Part shown: piece after piece, positions 22,955-32,695 of the stretch
How positions within the stretch are numbered: position 1 is the stretch's first letter
Layout: the number at the start of each line of letters is the position of its first letter
Assembly: GCA_963827685.1 (NCBI GenBank)
Contig: CAWHBU010000006.1
Span: 256,001-320,000, forward strand
Source of the DNA: an uncultured delta proteobacterium
Lineage (GTDB): Bacteria > Desulfobacterota > BSN033 > UBA1163
DNA: 64,000 nucleotides
Direction: 5' to 3'
Program-made: the position numbers and the translations under genes
Notes under the pieces: model-generated
Told to the model about the DNA's origin: nothing
The model's database searches: none
Seen by the model: the letters and a program-made list of their open reading frames with translations, nothing else

Positions 22955-24004
22955 TTAGACAAATTGGACGGATTTCAGTCGGTCTCCGTGCCACACAAAG
23001 CGGCGTCTTTTCCTTTTCCGGTAGACTTTTCCTTCCTGAAGGATGGCACCGACCAACAAGGGAAGAGCGACGGTTGCGTCCATATAGACGGCCGCATAGT
23101 TTGACCCTCGCTCAATCTTCCCCCAAGACTTCGCTTCTTCAAAGGTACAGCCAGAAAGTCCTCCCCACTTCGGGTCATCGGTGGTGATCTGGAAGGCATA
23201 CCGATGGCCGCTCTCTTTTTGGAACAGGAGTTCACTGACAGGTCCCAGTTGTTGAATATAATTCTTGGGGACTCCTCCTCCAATGTAGATCGCCCCGGTG
23301 GCGGAGGCCATTTTCTTCAACTGGGCGATCTCGAAACTGTCCCGAATCTGATCGATGAGGAGTCCTTCTGAGGGAGCTCTCTTTTGAAGGTGGAGAAAGG
23401 TCAGACCTATTCCAATGGAACTGTCGCTCAGGGCGGGAATAAAGACGGGAACCCCATAGCGGGAGGCGGTCTTGAGAATGGATCCCTCATCCTTCTTGAT
23501 GCGGCTCCCCAAAACCTCCAAATATCGCCTTGAGGAAACGACCTTCTCCTCCAACTTTTCCGGAACCTTTGAGAGAAGGTGAATCACCTGATTGATTTCG
23601 TGGTCGTCCATCAAGGCATCATAGACTCGTACGATACGATGTCTCCGCAGGGCATCATCATCGCCTTCCTCGGACCCGACATAATGTCGATATCCAAAGC
23701 TTTCGAAAAGATCATGAAAGATGTTAGCACCGGTGGAGACGACCACATCGATCAATTTCATCTCGATCATCTCCCGGATCACCTTACGCATCCCACCCGG
23801 GATCATCGCCCCAGACAGCCCCATGAAGATGATACAATCCGGATCATCGAGCATCTTTCGAAAGACTTCAAAACATTTAAAGACATTTCGACTTTGAAAA
23901 GAGGTGTGTTGGAAGGCTTTGACAAGATCGAGAAGGCTTTTCGTCGCTTTGAGATCTAAATGCTGAATGGGTTGTTGAAGAAATTTGGATTTCCTTTTTT
24001 TCAT
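22955..24004 (-). CDS. Deoxyhypusine synthase-like protein (probable homospermidine synthase)
   Basis: STGAN, GGGVPKN, GGLSGCTFEEAKSWGK. Confidence 0.92.
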   Translation of the reverse strand: MKKRKSKFLQQPIQHLDLKATKSLLDLVKAFQHTSFQSRNVFKCFEVFRKMLDDPDCIIFMGLSGAMIPGGMRKVIREMIEMKLIDVVVSTGANIFHDLFESFGYRHYVGSEEGDDDALRRHRIVRVYDALMDDHEINQVIHLLSKVPEKLEEKVVSSRRYLEVLGSRIKKDEGSILKTASRYGVPVFIPALSDSSIGIGLTFLHLQKRAPSEGLLIDQIRDSFEIAQLKKMASATGAIYIGGGVPKNYIQQLGPVSELLFQKESGHRYAFQITTDDPKWGGLSGCTFEEAKSWGKIERGSNYAAVYMDATVALPLLVGAILQEGKVYRKRKRRRFVWHGDRLKSVQFV

Positions 24005-24163
24005 CTTTATCGTCAGGCGGATGAATTCTTGCGGAAATTATCAAATAAAAACAGAGAAGTCAAGGAAAATGATTCGTCTTTTTGCCCCAAATGGCTTGAC
24101 ATTTGGAATGAAATACGATAATTAGGTTGTTTTGAGAAAGGATGAGGATATTCTTCAGAAAGG

Positions 24164-25288
24164 TTGAACTCTTATATGGAAAAAAAGCCAATCCGAATTG
24201 CTGTCGTGGGTGTCGGAAATTGTGCCAGTGCCCTCATCCAAGGGATTGAATTTTACCGAGCCAGTGGCCAGAAGAATCCGAAATTTGAATCCCTTGGCTT
24301 GATGCACCTCGATATCGGAGGCTACAAACCTTGGGATATCGAGGTGGGTGCCGCTTTCGATATCGATCGAAGAAAAGTGGGGAGACCTCTCAAAGAAGCC
24401 ATTTTTGCCAAACCCAATTGCACCAAAATTATTTTTCCGAACCTCAATGATTCTGCCGTGACAGTCTCCATGGGGGAGGTGTTGGACGGGATTTCAGAAC
24501 ATATGAAGGATTACCCTGAAGATCGCGTCTTCCTCGTCGCCAATCAAAAACCATGCGATGTGGAGAAGGTTCTCAAAGATTCTGGAGTGGAAATCCTGAT
24601 GAACTACCTTCCTGTGGGGTCAGATCAAGCAACTCAGTTTTATGCGGAGGCCTGTTTAAATGCAGGGGTGAGTTTAATCAACTGCATCCCCAGTTTCATC
24701 GCCTCCGATCCTCGGTGGGCAAGACGGTTTGAAGAGAAAGGAATTCCGGTGGTCGGAGACGACGTCAAATCCCAAATGGGGGCGACCATCATCCATCGGG
24801 TGTTAGCAAAACTCTTCGAAGATCGAGGGGTGCGTTTGGACCGAACCTATCAGATTAACACAGGCGGGAATACCGACTTCCTCAATATGCTCAATCGACA
24901 TCGTCTGAAAAATAAACGGATTTCCAAGACCGAAGCGATTCAATCCCAGCTCGGTGTTCCATTAGAACCCGAAAATATTCATATCGGTCCCTCCGATTAT
25001 GTTCCATGGCAGAATGACAACAAGGTCTGTTTTCTACGAATGGAAGGACGGGGGTTTGGAGAAGTCCCCCTCAACCTCGAATTGAGACTTTCTGTCGAAG
25101 ATTCTCCCAATAGCGGTGGGATGACCATTGACGCGATCCGATGTTGCCAACTCGCCCGTGAACGAGGAATCGGAGGCCCTCTTCTTTCTATCTCCGCTTA
25201 TGCGATGAAACATCCGATTGTCCAGATCCCTGATAATGAGGCCAAATCCATGGTGGAGGAATTCATTGAAGGGAAGCGGGAACGATAA
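24164..25288 (+). CDS. ino1: myo-inositol-1-phosphate synthase
   Basis: GVGNCAS, GDDVKSQMGAT, GGNTDFLNM, VEDSPNS. Confidence 0.95.
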   Translation: MNSYMEKKPIRIAVVGVGNCASALIQGIEFYRASGQKNPKFESLGLMHLDIGGYKPWDIEVGAAFDIDRRKVGRPLKEAIFAKPNCTKIIFPNLNDSAVTVSMGEVLDGISEHMKDYPEDRVFLVANQKPCDVEKVLKDSGVEILMNYLPVGSDQATQFYAEACLNAGVSLINCIPSFIASDPRWARRFEEKGIPVVGDDVKSQMGATIIHRVLAKLFEDRGVRLDRTYQINTGGNTDFLNMLNRHRLKNKRISKTEAIQSQLGVPLEPENIHIGPSDYVPWQNDNKVCFLRMEGRGFGEVPLNLELRLSVEDSPNSGGMTIDAIRCCQLARERGIGGPLLSISAYAMKHPIVQIPDNEAKSMVEEFIEGKRER

Positions 25289-25407
25289 TCATTTCAGATT
25301 TTAGATGGCAGATTTTGGCATTGAGAAGTCAGGAACCAGAATCCAGAACAAAAGATTACTTAACCTTGTACCTTAGGCCACGATCAGAACGAGTAGGAAT
25401 TGTCCTT

Positions 25408-26481
25408 TCATTCTGACTTCCGACTCCTGGATTCTGGATTCTCAATTGCGGATTGGAAGACTACCTTATCTCCCGAAGCCTGGATGGTCTTGAGATACTC
25501 TACAACCCTTCTGATATCCCTTCCGTATTGCTCATAAAGGGCTTGAAATTTTTCGAGGCGATGAATATATCGACGATAGGCCAATAGCACCGCGTTATTG
25601 ATGTCCACTTTTTCGAAATTTTTGTAACCCTCTGTTTTAAAGGATGCCATCTTTCCCCTAAAGTCTTCTTTTAAACGCTGAAAGAATTCTTCTCTCCCTC
25701 TTAATTTCTCATCCCTTGAAATCTCTCTCGAATAGAAATGGGATAGCTGCTGACAGGCCTGATCGATCCATTGAGAAAAAAGGAGGTCATCCTCTTGGCA
25801 GTGAATTGCCTCCGCCACTTCCTTGGATCCTTTCCCATGCTTCTCGATCAAAAAATCGATGGCCCCCTGATTCCCCACAAAAGTGGCTATCTGCTCATTG
25901 AAGTCGGTCTGGCCTTTAAAATAGATCGTGGCATGGGTCATCTCATGGAGGATGAGATTGGCGAGGGTGGCCTCATCCCATTTAAGCATGGACGAAAAGA
26001 TGGGGTCTTTCAGCCATCCGAGCGTGCTGTAGGCTCCGGCTTTCTGGATAAACGTGTCGTACCCCTTCGTTTCGAGAAATCGTTTCTCCTTGAGAACACC
26101 TTCTTTCGTAAAAAAGCTCTTATAGGTCACCTTGCCGGTGATGGGAAAGTTCCAATGATAGAGTTGGAGGCGATCCTTTTCGGAGGCGGTGATGACATGG
26201 AGAACAGGGCCCTCGACTTCGAAATATTTTGAATAACTTTCAGTTTTCGTGAGACCCAACTTCTCCTCTCCATAGTGCTTCACCTCTTGGATGAAACGAA
26301 TTTTTTCTTTGGCTTCGTGGCCCACCCCTTCGTCCTCCAAAACCTCTTGAACCGGGATACTATGAAAAGTAATGGAAGATTGATACCATCCCAGTTTGGA
26401 GAGATAGAACAGGTTCCCACAGCCTGTCAAAGAAAGGGATATGAATATGAGTAATAAGAAACTCGCCAAGGTTTTGATCAT
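25408..26481 (-). CDS. Putative zinc aminopeptidase lipoprotein
   Basis: Lipobox LTGC; AYSTLGW..DP; HEMTH...FNE. Confidence 0.88.
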   Translation of the reverse strand: MIKTLASFLLLIFISLSLTGCGNLFYLSKLGWYQSSITFHSIPVQEVLEDEGVGHEAKEKIRFIQEVKHYGEEKLGLTKTESYSKYFEVEGPVLHVITASEKDRLQLYHWNFPITGKVTYKSFFTKEGVLKEKRFLETKGYDTFIQKAGAYSTLGWLKDPIFSSMLKWDEATLANLILHEMTHATIYFKGQTDFNEQIATFVGNQGAIDFLIEKHGKGSKEVAEAIHCQEDDLLFSQWIDQACQQLSHFYSREISRDEKLRGREEFFQRLKEDFRGKMASFKTEGYKNFEKVDINNAVLLAYRRYIHRLEKFQALYEQYGRDIRRVVEYLKTIQASGDKVVFQSAIENPESRSRKSE

Positions 26482-26552
26482 GAATCTTTCTTACAATATT
26501 CTTCGGTGGGAATCAAAGGTTTCTGATACTTTCCCCTCTTCTTAACATCCCC

Positions 26553-26852
26553 TTGGTTTTGGAGTATGCTGATAAGAATGCCATCCATGACGTGTCATTG
26601 CGAGGAGCGAAGCCCTGCACCGTCCTGAACCAGCACGGTTCGGGGCACCGCATGGTGTCCAGCGCGAAGCGACAAAGGATTTATGACTCTCAAGAGATTG
26701 CAGCAACCATGCCTGTCCCAGAAAAAGAGCTGGCAAAAGTGGTCATGGTGAAAGCAGATGGGAAGATGGTCATGTGGGTCCTGTCTGTCAGTGATCAAGT
26801 CGAAACCAAGAACCTAAATAAAGCTCCTGAGGGTTCGAGTCGGCTTTTTTGA
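26553..26852 (+). pseudogene. YbaK/EbsC-family remnant with a palindromic repeat at its 5' end
   Basis: SQEIAA..VPEKELAKVVMVKADGK matches YbaK family; both ends missing; repeat at 26594-26673. Confidence 0.6.
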
Positions 26853-26917
26853 GGGTTTCTTCTGAAATTGCCACTTCCTGTTTTTCTCTCTTCTTCCTTA
26901 TTATCCCCTCTTGCGCC

Positions 26918-27403
26918 CTAATGATATTTCCATATCACCGAGAGAAGGTAACGTCCCAAAGACATCGTTTCTACTCTCAATTGAATCCGGTCTCCTCTCT
27001 CTCCGATCTCGCTCAGGTAGATCTTCCTGTCCCTGACAATCAACCCCTGTCCCTCACCTATGCCCCACTTAAAATAGATGGCCCCCAGCCTCTGATCCAT
27101 CGGATGGAACCCCTTCATATCCTCAAACCCATAGTATTCCATAACCGCGGGGCTTTTCGTCCTCACCCCTTTTAGGACAATAGCCTCTCCCTCAGCCTGA
27201 AACTCCTCCACAACAGGCTCCTTATAAATCGAGTGAATATAGAATACCGAAAATGGTTCAGTCGGACTGATCCTGATACGGATCGTCTGTGGATGATCCA
27301 TGTTCTCAATATGAAGGACTGTTACCTTCTTCAAAAGCAACACCCCTCCTGCGATGACCAAAAGGCCGATCAATATCAGGAGGGACCAGGTCTTCTGTCT
27401 CAA
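26918..27403 (-). CDS. DUF1850-like protein (TRAP associated)
   Basis: FYIHSIYKEPVVEEF motif; directly downstream of TAXI gene. Confidence 0.8.
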   Translation of the reverse strand: MRQKTWSLLILIGLLVIAGGVLLLKKVTVLHIENMDHPQTIRIRISPTEPFSVFYIHSIYKEPVVEEFQAEGEAIVLKGVRTKSPAVMEYYGFEDMKGFHPMDQRLGAIYFKWGIGEGQGLIVRDRKIYLSEIGERGDRIQLRVETMSLGRYLLSVIWKYH

Positions 27404-28374
27404 TTACTTAATCTTAAGTCCTTTCTCTGTGAAATATTGAATTGCCCCTGGATGGAACGGAATCGGAGAACCCCCACCCGCCTGGGACTCCAAAGATAAG
27501 TTGTTTGCCTCTCTATGAAAGGCCACTAACTCCGATTTATGATCGAACAGAGTCTTCACGATATCATAGACCACATCCTCTTTCATATTCTCGCGACAAA
27601 CCAGGAGATTCCAAACGACAGCAATCGGAATGTCCGCATTCTGTCGGGGATAGGTTTTGGCAGGAATCACTCCTTTTACATAGAGAGGCCCGTAATTTTC
27701 CCTCATCTTGGGAACCACATCCGCATGGCCAATGAGTTTCATTTTAAGCCCAGGGGTGACTCCTAAATCGGTTACCGCTGCAGTAGGAAGGCCCCCCACC
27801 CAGAAGAAGGCATCGATCTTCCTATCCTTTCCTTTAAGGCACTGGCTGATTCAGAAACACTCAAATTATCCCTCGTCATATTCTTATTCGGGTCCAGTCC
27901 ATAAGCCTCAATAACCCTCAGGGCCATCACCTCGGTCCCGCTTCCCGGAGCTCCTGTTGAAACCCTTTTCCTCTTCAGATCCGTGACCTTTTCAATCCCC
28001 TTGCTCTCAATCGTCACAATATGCATATTATTCGGATAGAGAACCGCTATGGTCCTCAGGGGGATTTTCCCCTTAAATCTTTCTCTCCCCCTATAGGCAT
28101 CCCATCCTATATCTGCCATAATGAGCGCCAAGTCTTCCTTTCCCTTGCCTACCAGGAGGCAACTATCCACCGAGGCAGTGGTGACCTCTGCTGTTGCTCC
28201 TAAATAAGGGATGTATTGAGATAGGATATTGGCTATTCCGCTGCCCATCGGATAATAGACACCTCCTGTAGCACCGGTGGCGATGGACAACTTCACTGTT
28301 TTTTGAGCATAGACTGAAGAGACGCTGAAAACCAAAAAGAAGATAATTCCCAGTACCCTTAGTCGTCTCATCAA
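27404..28374 (-). pseudogene. TAXI-family TRAP solute-binding protein, frameshifted
   Basis: IATGATGGVYY, GAPGSGTE, PFHPGA; AAAGG duplication near 27826-27835 shifts the frame. Confidence 0.88.
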
Positions 28375-28559
28375 AAACCTCCTTCCAAAAATGATGAACG
28401 TTTCACATTAATATTAAACCAACTTCTCGTTCTCAACAAGAAGTTCCAAAAAAAACCGGATAAGAGGGATGTTTCGGTTTCACGCGGACCTCTTCCTTTT
28501 CATGCCTGCCAAGGAGATAAAGGACGCCTATCTCATTTTTAGTAGTGATGGGCATATTA

Positions 28560-28704
28560 CTAAATGTCAAAGTTCCAAGTTCAAATGAAATCCAAAGTTC
28601 AAATCACAAAAGAAAGAAGGAAGAGCTTTTGACATTGAGTCATTCGGTATTCATTTGATATTTGCCTACCTGCCAGCAGGCAGGGATTTTGAGATTTGGG
28701 CTTT
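28560..28704. repeat. AT-rich imperfect palindrome of heptamer units with nested CCTACC...GGCAGG palindrome
   Basis: CAAAT/CAAAG units, then TTTG units; nested element 28665-28684. Confidence 0.7.
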
Positions 28705-30303
28705 CTCCATATGCGTTATCTGAAGTTCTCCCTTTTCAAGGCGGTAGCAGGTATTTTTCAACCAATTCTGGTCATCCTGATCCGGAAAGTCCTTCCGAAA
28801 GAAGGAACCCCTGCTTTCTCTCCGAAGCAAACTCCCCTCTAAAATGGCTCTGAGAAGGAGCGCCACATTTTCTAGATCTCTTCTTTTAAAAAGATCTTTT
28901 AAGGTCGCAGGATAAACCTCCTCGATTCTTTTCTCAATAGAAGCCAACCGATCCAACCCCTCTTTCAAGGACTCTCCCTCCCGAACAGGACCGGCATATC
29001 TCCAGGCCAAATCTTTTAACTCCTTAAGCAGGTCTCTGGGTCGGTCAAAGGTTCCTCTTCTTTTTCTGAGATAGGATCGAACCTTTCGGTCCCATTTTTT
29101 GATAAAGTTTTCAGAGAAAAGATTGAATCCTCCCTGCTTCTGTTCTTTCTGGCGGACATATTCGGCTGCCGACTGACCTCCAATGGCTCCAAACACTGCA
29201 CATTCCGTCAGTGCATTCCCTCCCAGTCGATTGGCACCATGAATCCCCCAGACGACCTCCCCTGCCGCAAAGAGACCCGGGAGAGACGTTCTGCCGTTTT
29301 CATCGATCTCCAGCCCTCCCATAAAGAAATGGACTGCCGGGGAGACCAGAAAGGGTCTATCATGGAAAGGAAACTTCGATTTCTTGAGAAAGTTAAGGGG
29401 ATAATGCTCCCATTTTTCTCGTGGAACTTGTGTCAGATCAAAAAAAACATCCCCATTCTGCGAGGCATGGTAGAGGGCAATGGAGAGGCGATCTCTTTGG
29501 ACATTAATGGCTTGGTTTAGGTCTCCGTGAAGGTCAAATTTCTCTAAAAGATCCTCCCCTTTCTCATCGAACAACCTGACTTCACTTGGATAGGGAGGAT
29601 AAAGGAGAAAAGAAGAGAGCCTTGGCTCTCCCAAAACAAAGGGATAAAATTGGACAAATTCTAAATCAATGAGGGGAAGACCTGCCCGAAGGGCTAAGGC
29701 GTATCCATCTCCGAGGATGCTTCTCTGATTGTCATTTCTGCGATAAATCGCCCCTGCTCCACCGGTTGATAGAATAGCCGCTCTTGATTGAACCAAACAG
29801 GATTTACCGTCTCTTAAAAATCCAAAGGCCCCCCGAACTTCACCCTCTTCGATCACCAAATCAAAAATGACTAAACCTGGGAAAATTTTGATGGAACTGT
29901 TCCTCAGTCGTTCTACGAGGGGTTTGATTAAGAGGACTCCAGGCAGTTGGGAGGAACCCTCCGGCCGATCCACGATATATCCTATCCCTTTATCAAGGAT
30001 TGGGGCTCCATAGTCTCTCAATTTTCTTATGGTATCCGGAGCTTTTTCGATAAGGGTCTTCACCAGTCCGACCTGGTTCAATCCCTTTCCAGATTCTAAG
30101 GTCGCCTGGAGATGACCTTCTTTCGAAAAACGGGAGTTCGCAGCCGTGAAGGCACCATTGGCCAATGAGGTATTGGTCCCCATCCCAATGGCAAATTTTC
30201 CCACAAGGAGAACACGAAGACCGGCCCTCTCCGCTTCCAAAGCAGAAAACAGGCCGGCCAGGCCGCTACCAATCACAAGAATGTCGGTGCTGAGTTCTTC
30301 CAT
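28666..30303 (-). CDS. FAD-dependent oxidoreductase, SdhA/FrdA/NadB superfamily
   Basis: IGSGLAG, STGGAG, HFFMGG, GIHGANRLGGN, RRESRG. Confidence 0.9.
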   Translation of the reverse strand: MEELSTDILVIGSGLAGLFSALEAERAGLRVLLVGKFAIGMGTNTSLANGAFTAANSRFSKEGHLQATLESGKGLNQVGLVKTLIEKAPDTIRKLRDYGAPILDKGIGYIVDRPEGSSQLPGVLLIKPLVERLRNSSIKIFPGLVIFDLVIEEGEVRGAFGFLRDGKSCLVQSRAAILSTGGAGAIYRRNDNQRSILGDGYALALRAGLPLIDLEFVQFYPFVLGEPRLSSFLLYPPYPSEVRLFDEKGEDLLEKFDLHGDLNQAINVQRDRLSIALYHASQNGDVFFDLTQVPREKWEHYPLNFLKKSKFPFHDRPFLVSPAVHFFMGGLEIDENGRTSLPGLFAAGEVVWGIHGANRLGGNALTECAVFGAIGGQSAAEYVRQKEQKQGGFNLFSENFIKKWDRKVRSYLRKRRGTFDRPRDLLKELKDLAWRYAGPVREGESLKEGLDRLASIEKRIEEVYPATLKDLFKRRDLENVALLLRAILEGSLLRRESRGSFFRKDFPDQDDQNWLKNTCYRLEKGELQITHMEKAQISKSLPAGR

Positions 30304-30345
30304 AGGGAGACCTGCTGACCGCAGGCCGCTGCGATAGACAAAAAT

Positions 30346-30531
30346 CTAAGCCCTTTTCTTAGGCCTCATGGGTTTTTCACAGCAGACGATGTCGCAATAA
30401 TCGACGCATCCGCAGATCTCGTCCACGGTGACCGCCAGACCGCAAACGCTGCATTTATATACATCTCCCTTCTTCACACCCTTTTTTGCCACCTTCTTTA
30501 TCACCTTTTTTGCTGCCTTCTTTACTGCCAT
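30346..30531 (-). CDS. Small Cys-rich desulforedoxin-like protein with Lys-rich N-terminus
   Basis: GDVYKCSVCG...IVCCEKPM; strong AAGGAGG RBS. Confidence 0.8.
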   Translation of the reverse strand: MAVKKAAKKVIKKVAKKGVKKGDVYKCSVCGLAVTVDEICGCVDYCDIVCCEKPMRPKKRA

Positions 30532-30616
30532 GGTTTCCTCCTTTCATCCTCTCTCTTTCATCCAAAATCTGTCTTATTACCTCGAGCACAATATCGTTTG
30601 CGTGAGCCCCCATTCG

Positions 30617-30695
30617 GTCATTGCGAGGAGCCCTTAGCGACGAAGCAATCCCAAGCTAACAACGAGATTGCCACACCCTTCGGGCTCGCAACGAC
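30617..30695. repeat. GTCATTGCGAG...CTCGCAAyGAC palindromic element
   Basis: Inverted arms; related copies at 56832-56973 and 26594-26673. Confidence 0.85.
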
Positions 30696-30794
30696 AACCT
30701 TTTTAAAATTGAAGCGTAAACTATTTCATTCTCCCGTTAATAAACCGGAAGGCTTTGTTCAGAGCGTTTCTCACTCCATTCTTTTCAGGCACTT

Positions 30795-31604
30795 TTAGCT
30801 CTTTTCCACAGACTCCAATTCAAATTCGATATCTCCAATGGGAAGCTGCAGCTCAATCAAGATCGGAGTCTTTTCCCCATGGGTCGTGTACCAGATTCGG
30901 ATTTTCCCCTCTTTATCTTCAAAGGAAGAAAAGGAAGTGTTGGACTCGAGACATACTGCCTCAACCTCTCCATACCTCTTTGACTTTACCTTCCCCTTTT
31001 TTGAATAAAAGACCATCTGGCGCAACTTCACCCCGTCGAAAATGGACATCTGAATATCCTGACCTGGATGAATTTCTTCTTTCAAATAACATTTGGCAAA
31101 CATCGAAAGAGGGTCATACGTCTCGGACGAAAGGGGAATCTCTTGCCTCTCTTTTTTCTCCCCTTTTTTCTCCCTTTTTTCCACCACCATCTTCTTATTA
31201 GGGTAATCAAACGTGATCGTTTGAGAATAATTCTTCTTCTCGATCAGAAATCCCTCCTGATCAATTTCTTTCACATATTGGACTGGAGAGCAGGTCTCCT
31301 CATCCATGGTTGAGAGAAATCGGTTTTTCATTCTGAATAAGAATCCGAGATGGAGAGATTCCACGGAGGCATGAATCCGGTAGAGAAGCTTTCCTTCTCC
31401 GGAAGATCCATTTTCAATTTTAATGGAAGCCTTGAGGATGGGAACACCGAACTTTTTTGCTGTATATACAAAAACCTTTCCCGGCCCAAGTTTTGGTTCC
31501 GGAATCTGTTTCTGCTCATTGCTATAGGCGGCGAATCCCGACCCTGAAATGGCTCCAATAAAAAAGAGCAACCCGATGGCTAACTTCCGTTTGTCCTGTC
31601 TCAT
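30795..31604 (-). CDS. DUF3108-like exported protein
   Basis: Signal peptide; YDPLS, IFDG, IRIWYT...PILIE pattern. Confidence 0.7.
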   Translation of the reverse strand: MRQDKRKLAIGLLFFIGAISGSGFAAYSNEQKQIPEPKLGPGKVFVYTAKKFGVPILKASIKIENGSSGEGKLLYRIHASVESLHLGFLFRMKNRFLSTMDEETCSPVQYVKEIDQEGFLIEKKNYSQTITFDYPNKKMVVEKREKKGEKKERQEIPLSSETYDPLSMFAKCYLKEEIHPGQDIQMSIFDGVKLRQMVFYSKKGKVKSKRYGEVEAVCLESNTSFSSFEDKEGKIRIWYTTHGEKTPILIELQLPIGDIEFELESVEKS

Positions 31605-31747
31605 GTCCTTTGACTCATTAGGAACTAAAATTATTTTAAATCATCTCTCACCTGGGAAGCAAATATTTTCCCCGGGTTGCCTTGACAGGTCAAATTTATA
31701 TGTGCTACCGATGAAAACAAGTCAAAAACCATCGATAGGGCAAAACG

Positions 31748-32521
31748 ATGCGTGTGGCATCCATTCAGTTAAAAATCACGGAGGAACCAAAAGAAAAAGC
31801 TTTGGCACATGCTTCTGAGATGATTCGCCAATGTCAGGGCGCAGATCTTATCCTCCTGCCAGAACTCTGGAATATTGGATTTATGAGCTTTGATCGTTAT
31901 AGGAATGAGGCCGAAACGCAAGAGGGTTCGACCTTAACCCTCCTTCGCGCACTGGCCAAGGAACTTTCCTGCCATCTTCATACCGGAAGTCTTATAGAAA
32001 GGAGAGGAAATCGATTTTACAATTCCAGTTTTCTTTTGGACCCCAAAGGAGCGGCCCTCGGAAGTTACCAGAAGATTCACCTCTTCACCTACCAATCTCA
32101 GGAAGCAGAAATCTTAACTCCCGGCACATCCATCACAGTGATCCCCACTGAATTCGGAAACTTCGGGCTAGCCATTTGCTATGACTTAAGATTTCCAGAA
32201 TTGTTCAGGAAGATGCTCGATCAAGGGGCTGAATTTTTTCTTATCCCCTCTGCCTGGCCCGCTCCTCGTCTGGAGCATTGGCTTCTCCTGAATCGAGCAA
32301 GAGCTTTGGAGAATCTCTCCTGCCTCATCTCATCCAACTGTGTCGGGATCAATCGGGGAACACAGTTTATCGGTCACAGCCTGGTCATCGATCCAATGGG
32401 TCAAATCATAGCCGGAAGCAATGATGAGGAATGTGTCGTCTGGGCGGAAGTCAATCGAGATATCGTTCTGAAGGCACGAGCGGAATTCCCTGCCTTAAAT
32501 GATCGAGTCTTCAAGATTTAA
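31748..32521 (+). CDS. Carbon-nitrogen hydrolase family amidase
   Basis: LLPE, YQKIHLF, ICYDLRFPE (Glu-Lys-Cys triad). Confidence 0.95.
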   Translation: MRVASIQLKITEEPKEKALAHASEMIRQCQGADLILLPELWNIGFMSFDRYRNEAETQEGSTLTLLRALAKELSCHLHTGSLIERRGNRFYNSSFLLDPKGAALGSYQKIHLFTYQSQEAEILTPGTSITVIPTEFGNFGLAICYDLRFPELFRKMLDQGAEFFLIPSAWPAPRLEHWLLLNRARALENLSCLISSNCVGINRGTQFIGHSLVIDPMGQIIAGSNDEECVVWAEVNRDIVLKARAEFPALNDRVFKI

Positions 32522-32586
32522 CCTTAATGTTGCATTGGAAAGGCGGTTGACTATGCTTTTTGAAATTTTATTATTCAACTGTAAGG
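32522..32586. mobile_element. 65-bp MITE
   Basis: TIRs CCTTAATGTTGCAT / ATTCAACTGTAAGG; TTAA on both flanks; left end shared with 38268-38579. Confidence 0.7.
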
Positions 32587-32695
32587 TTAAGTTATTGCGT
32601 GAATGGGTTTTAAACCAGTTGGATTACTATCAGCTTTGCGCTATGCTCTATGCCTGCCCGCCGCAAGGCTTATGGAGGCGGGCGCTATGCGTATA

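Noticed and set aside
22955-24004. Bacterial hypusination system
   Set aside because: No eIF5A/EF-P gene adjacent; polyamine synthesis is the simpler explanation
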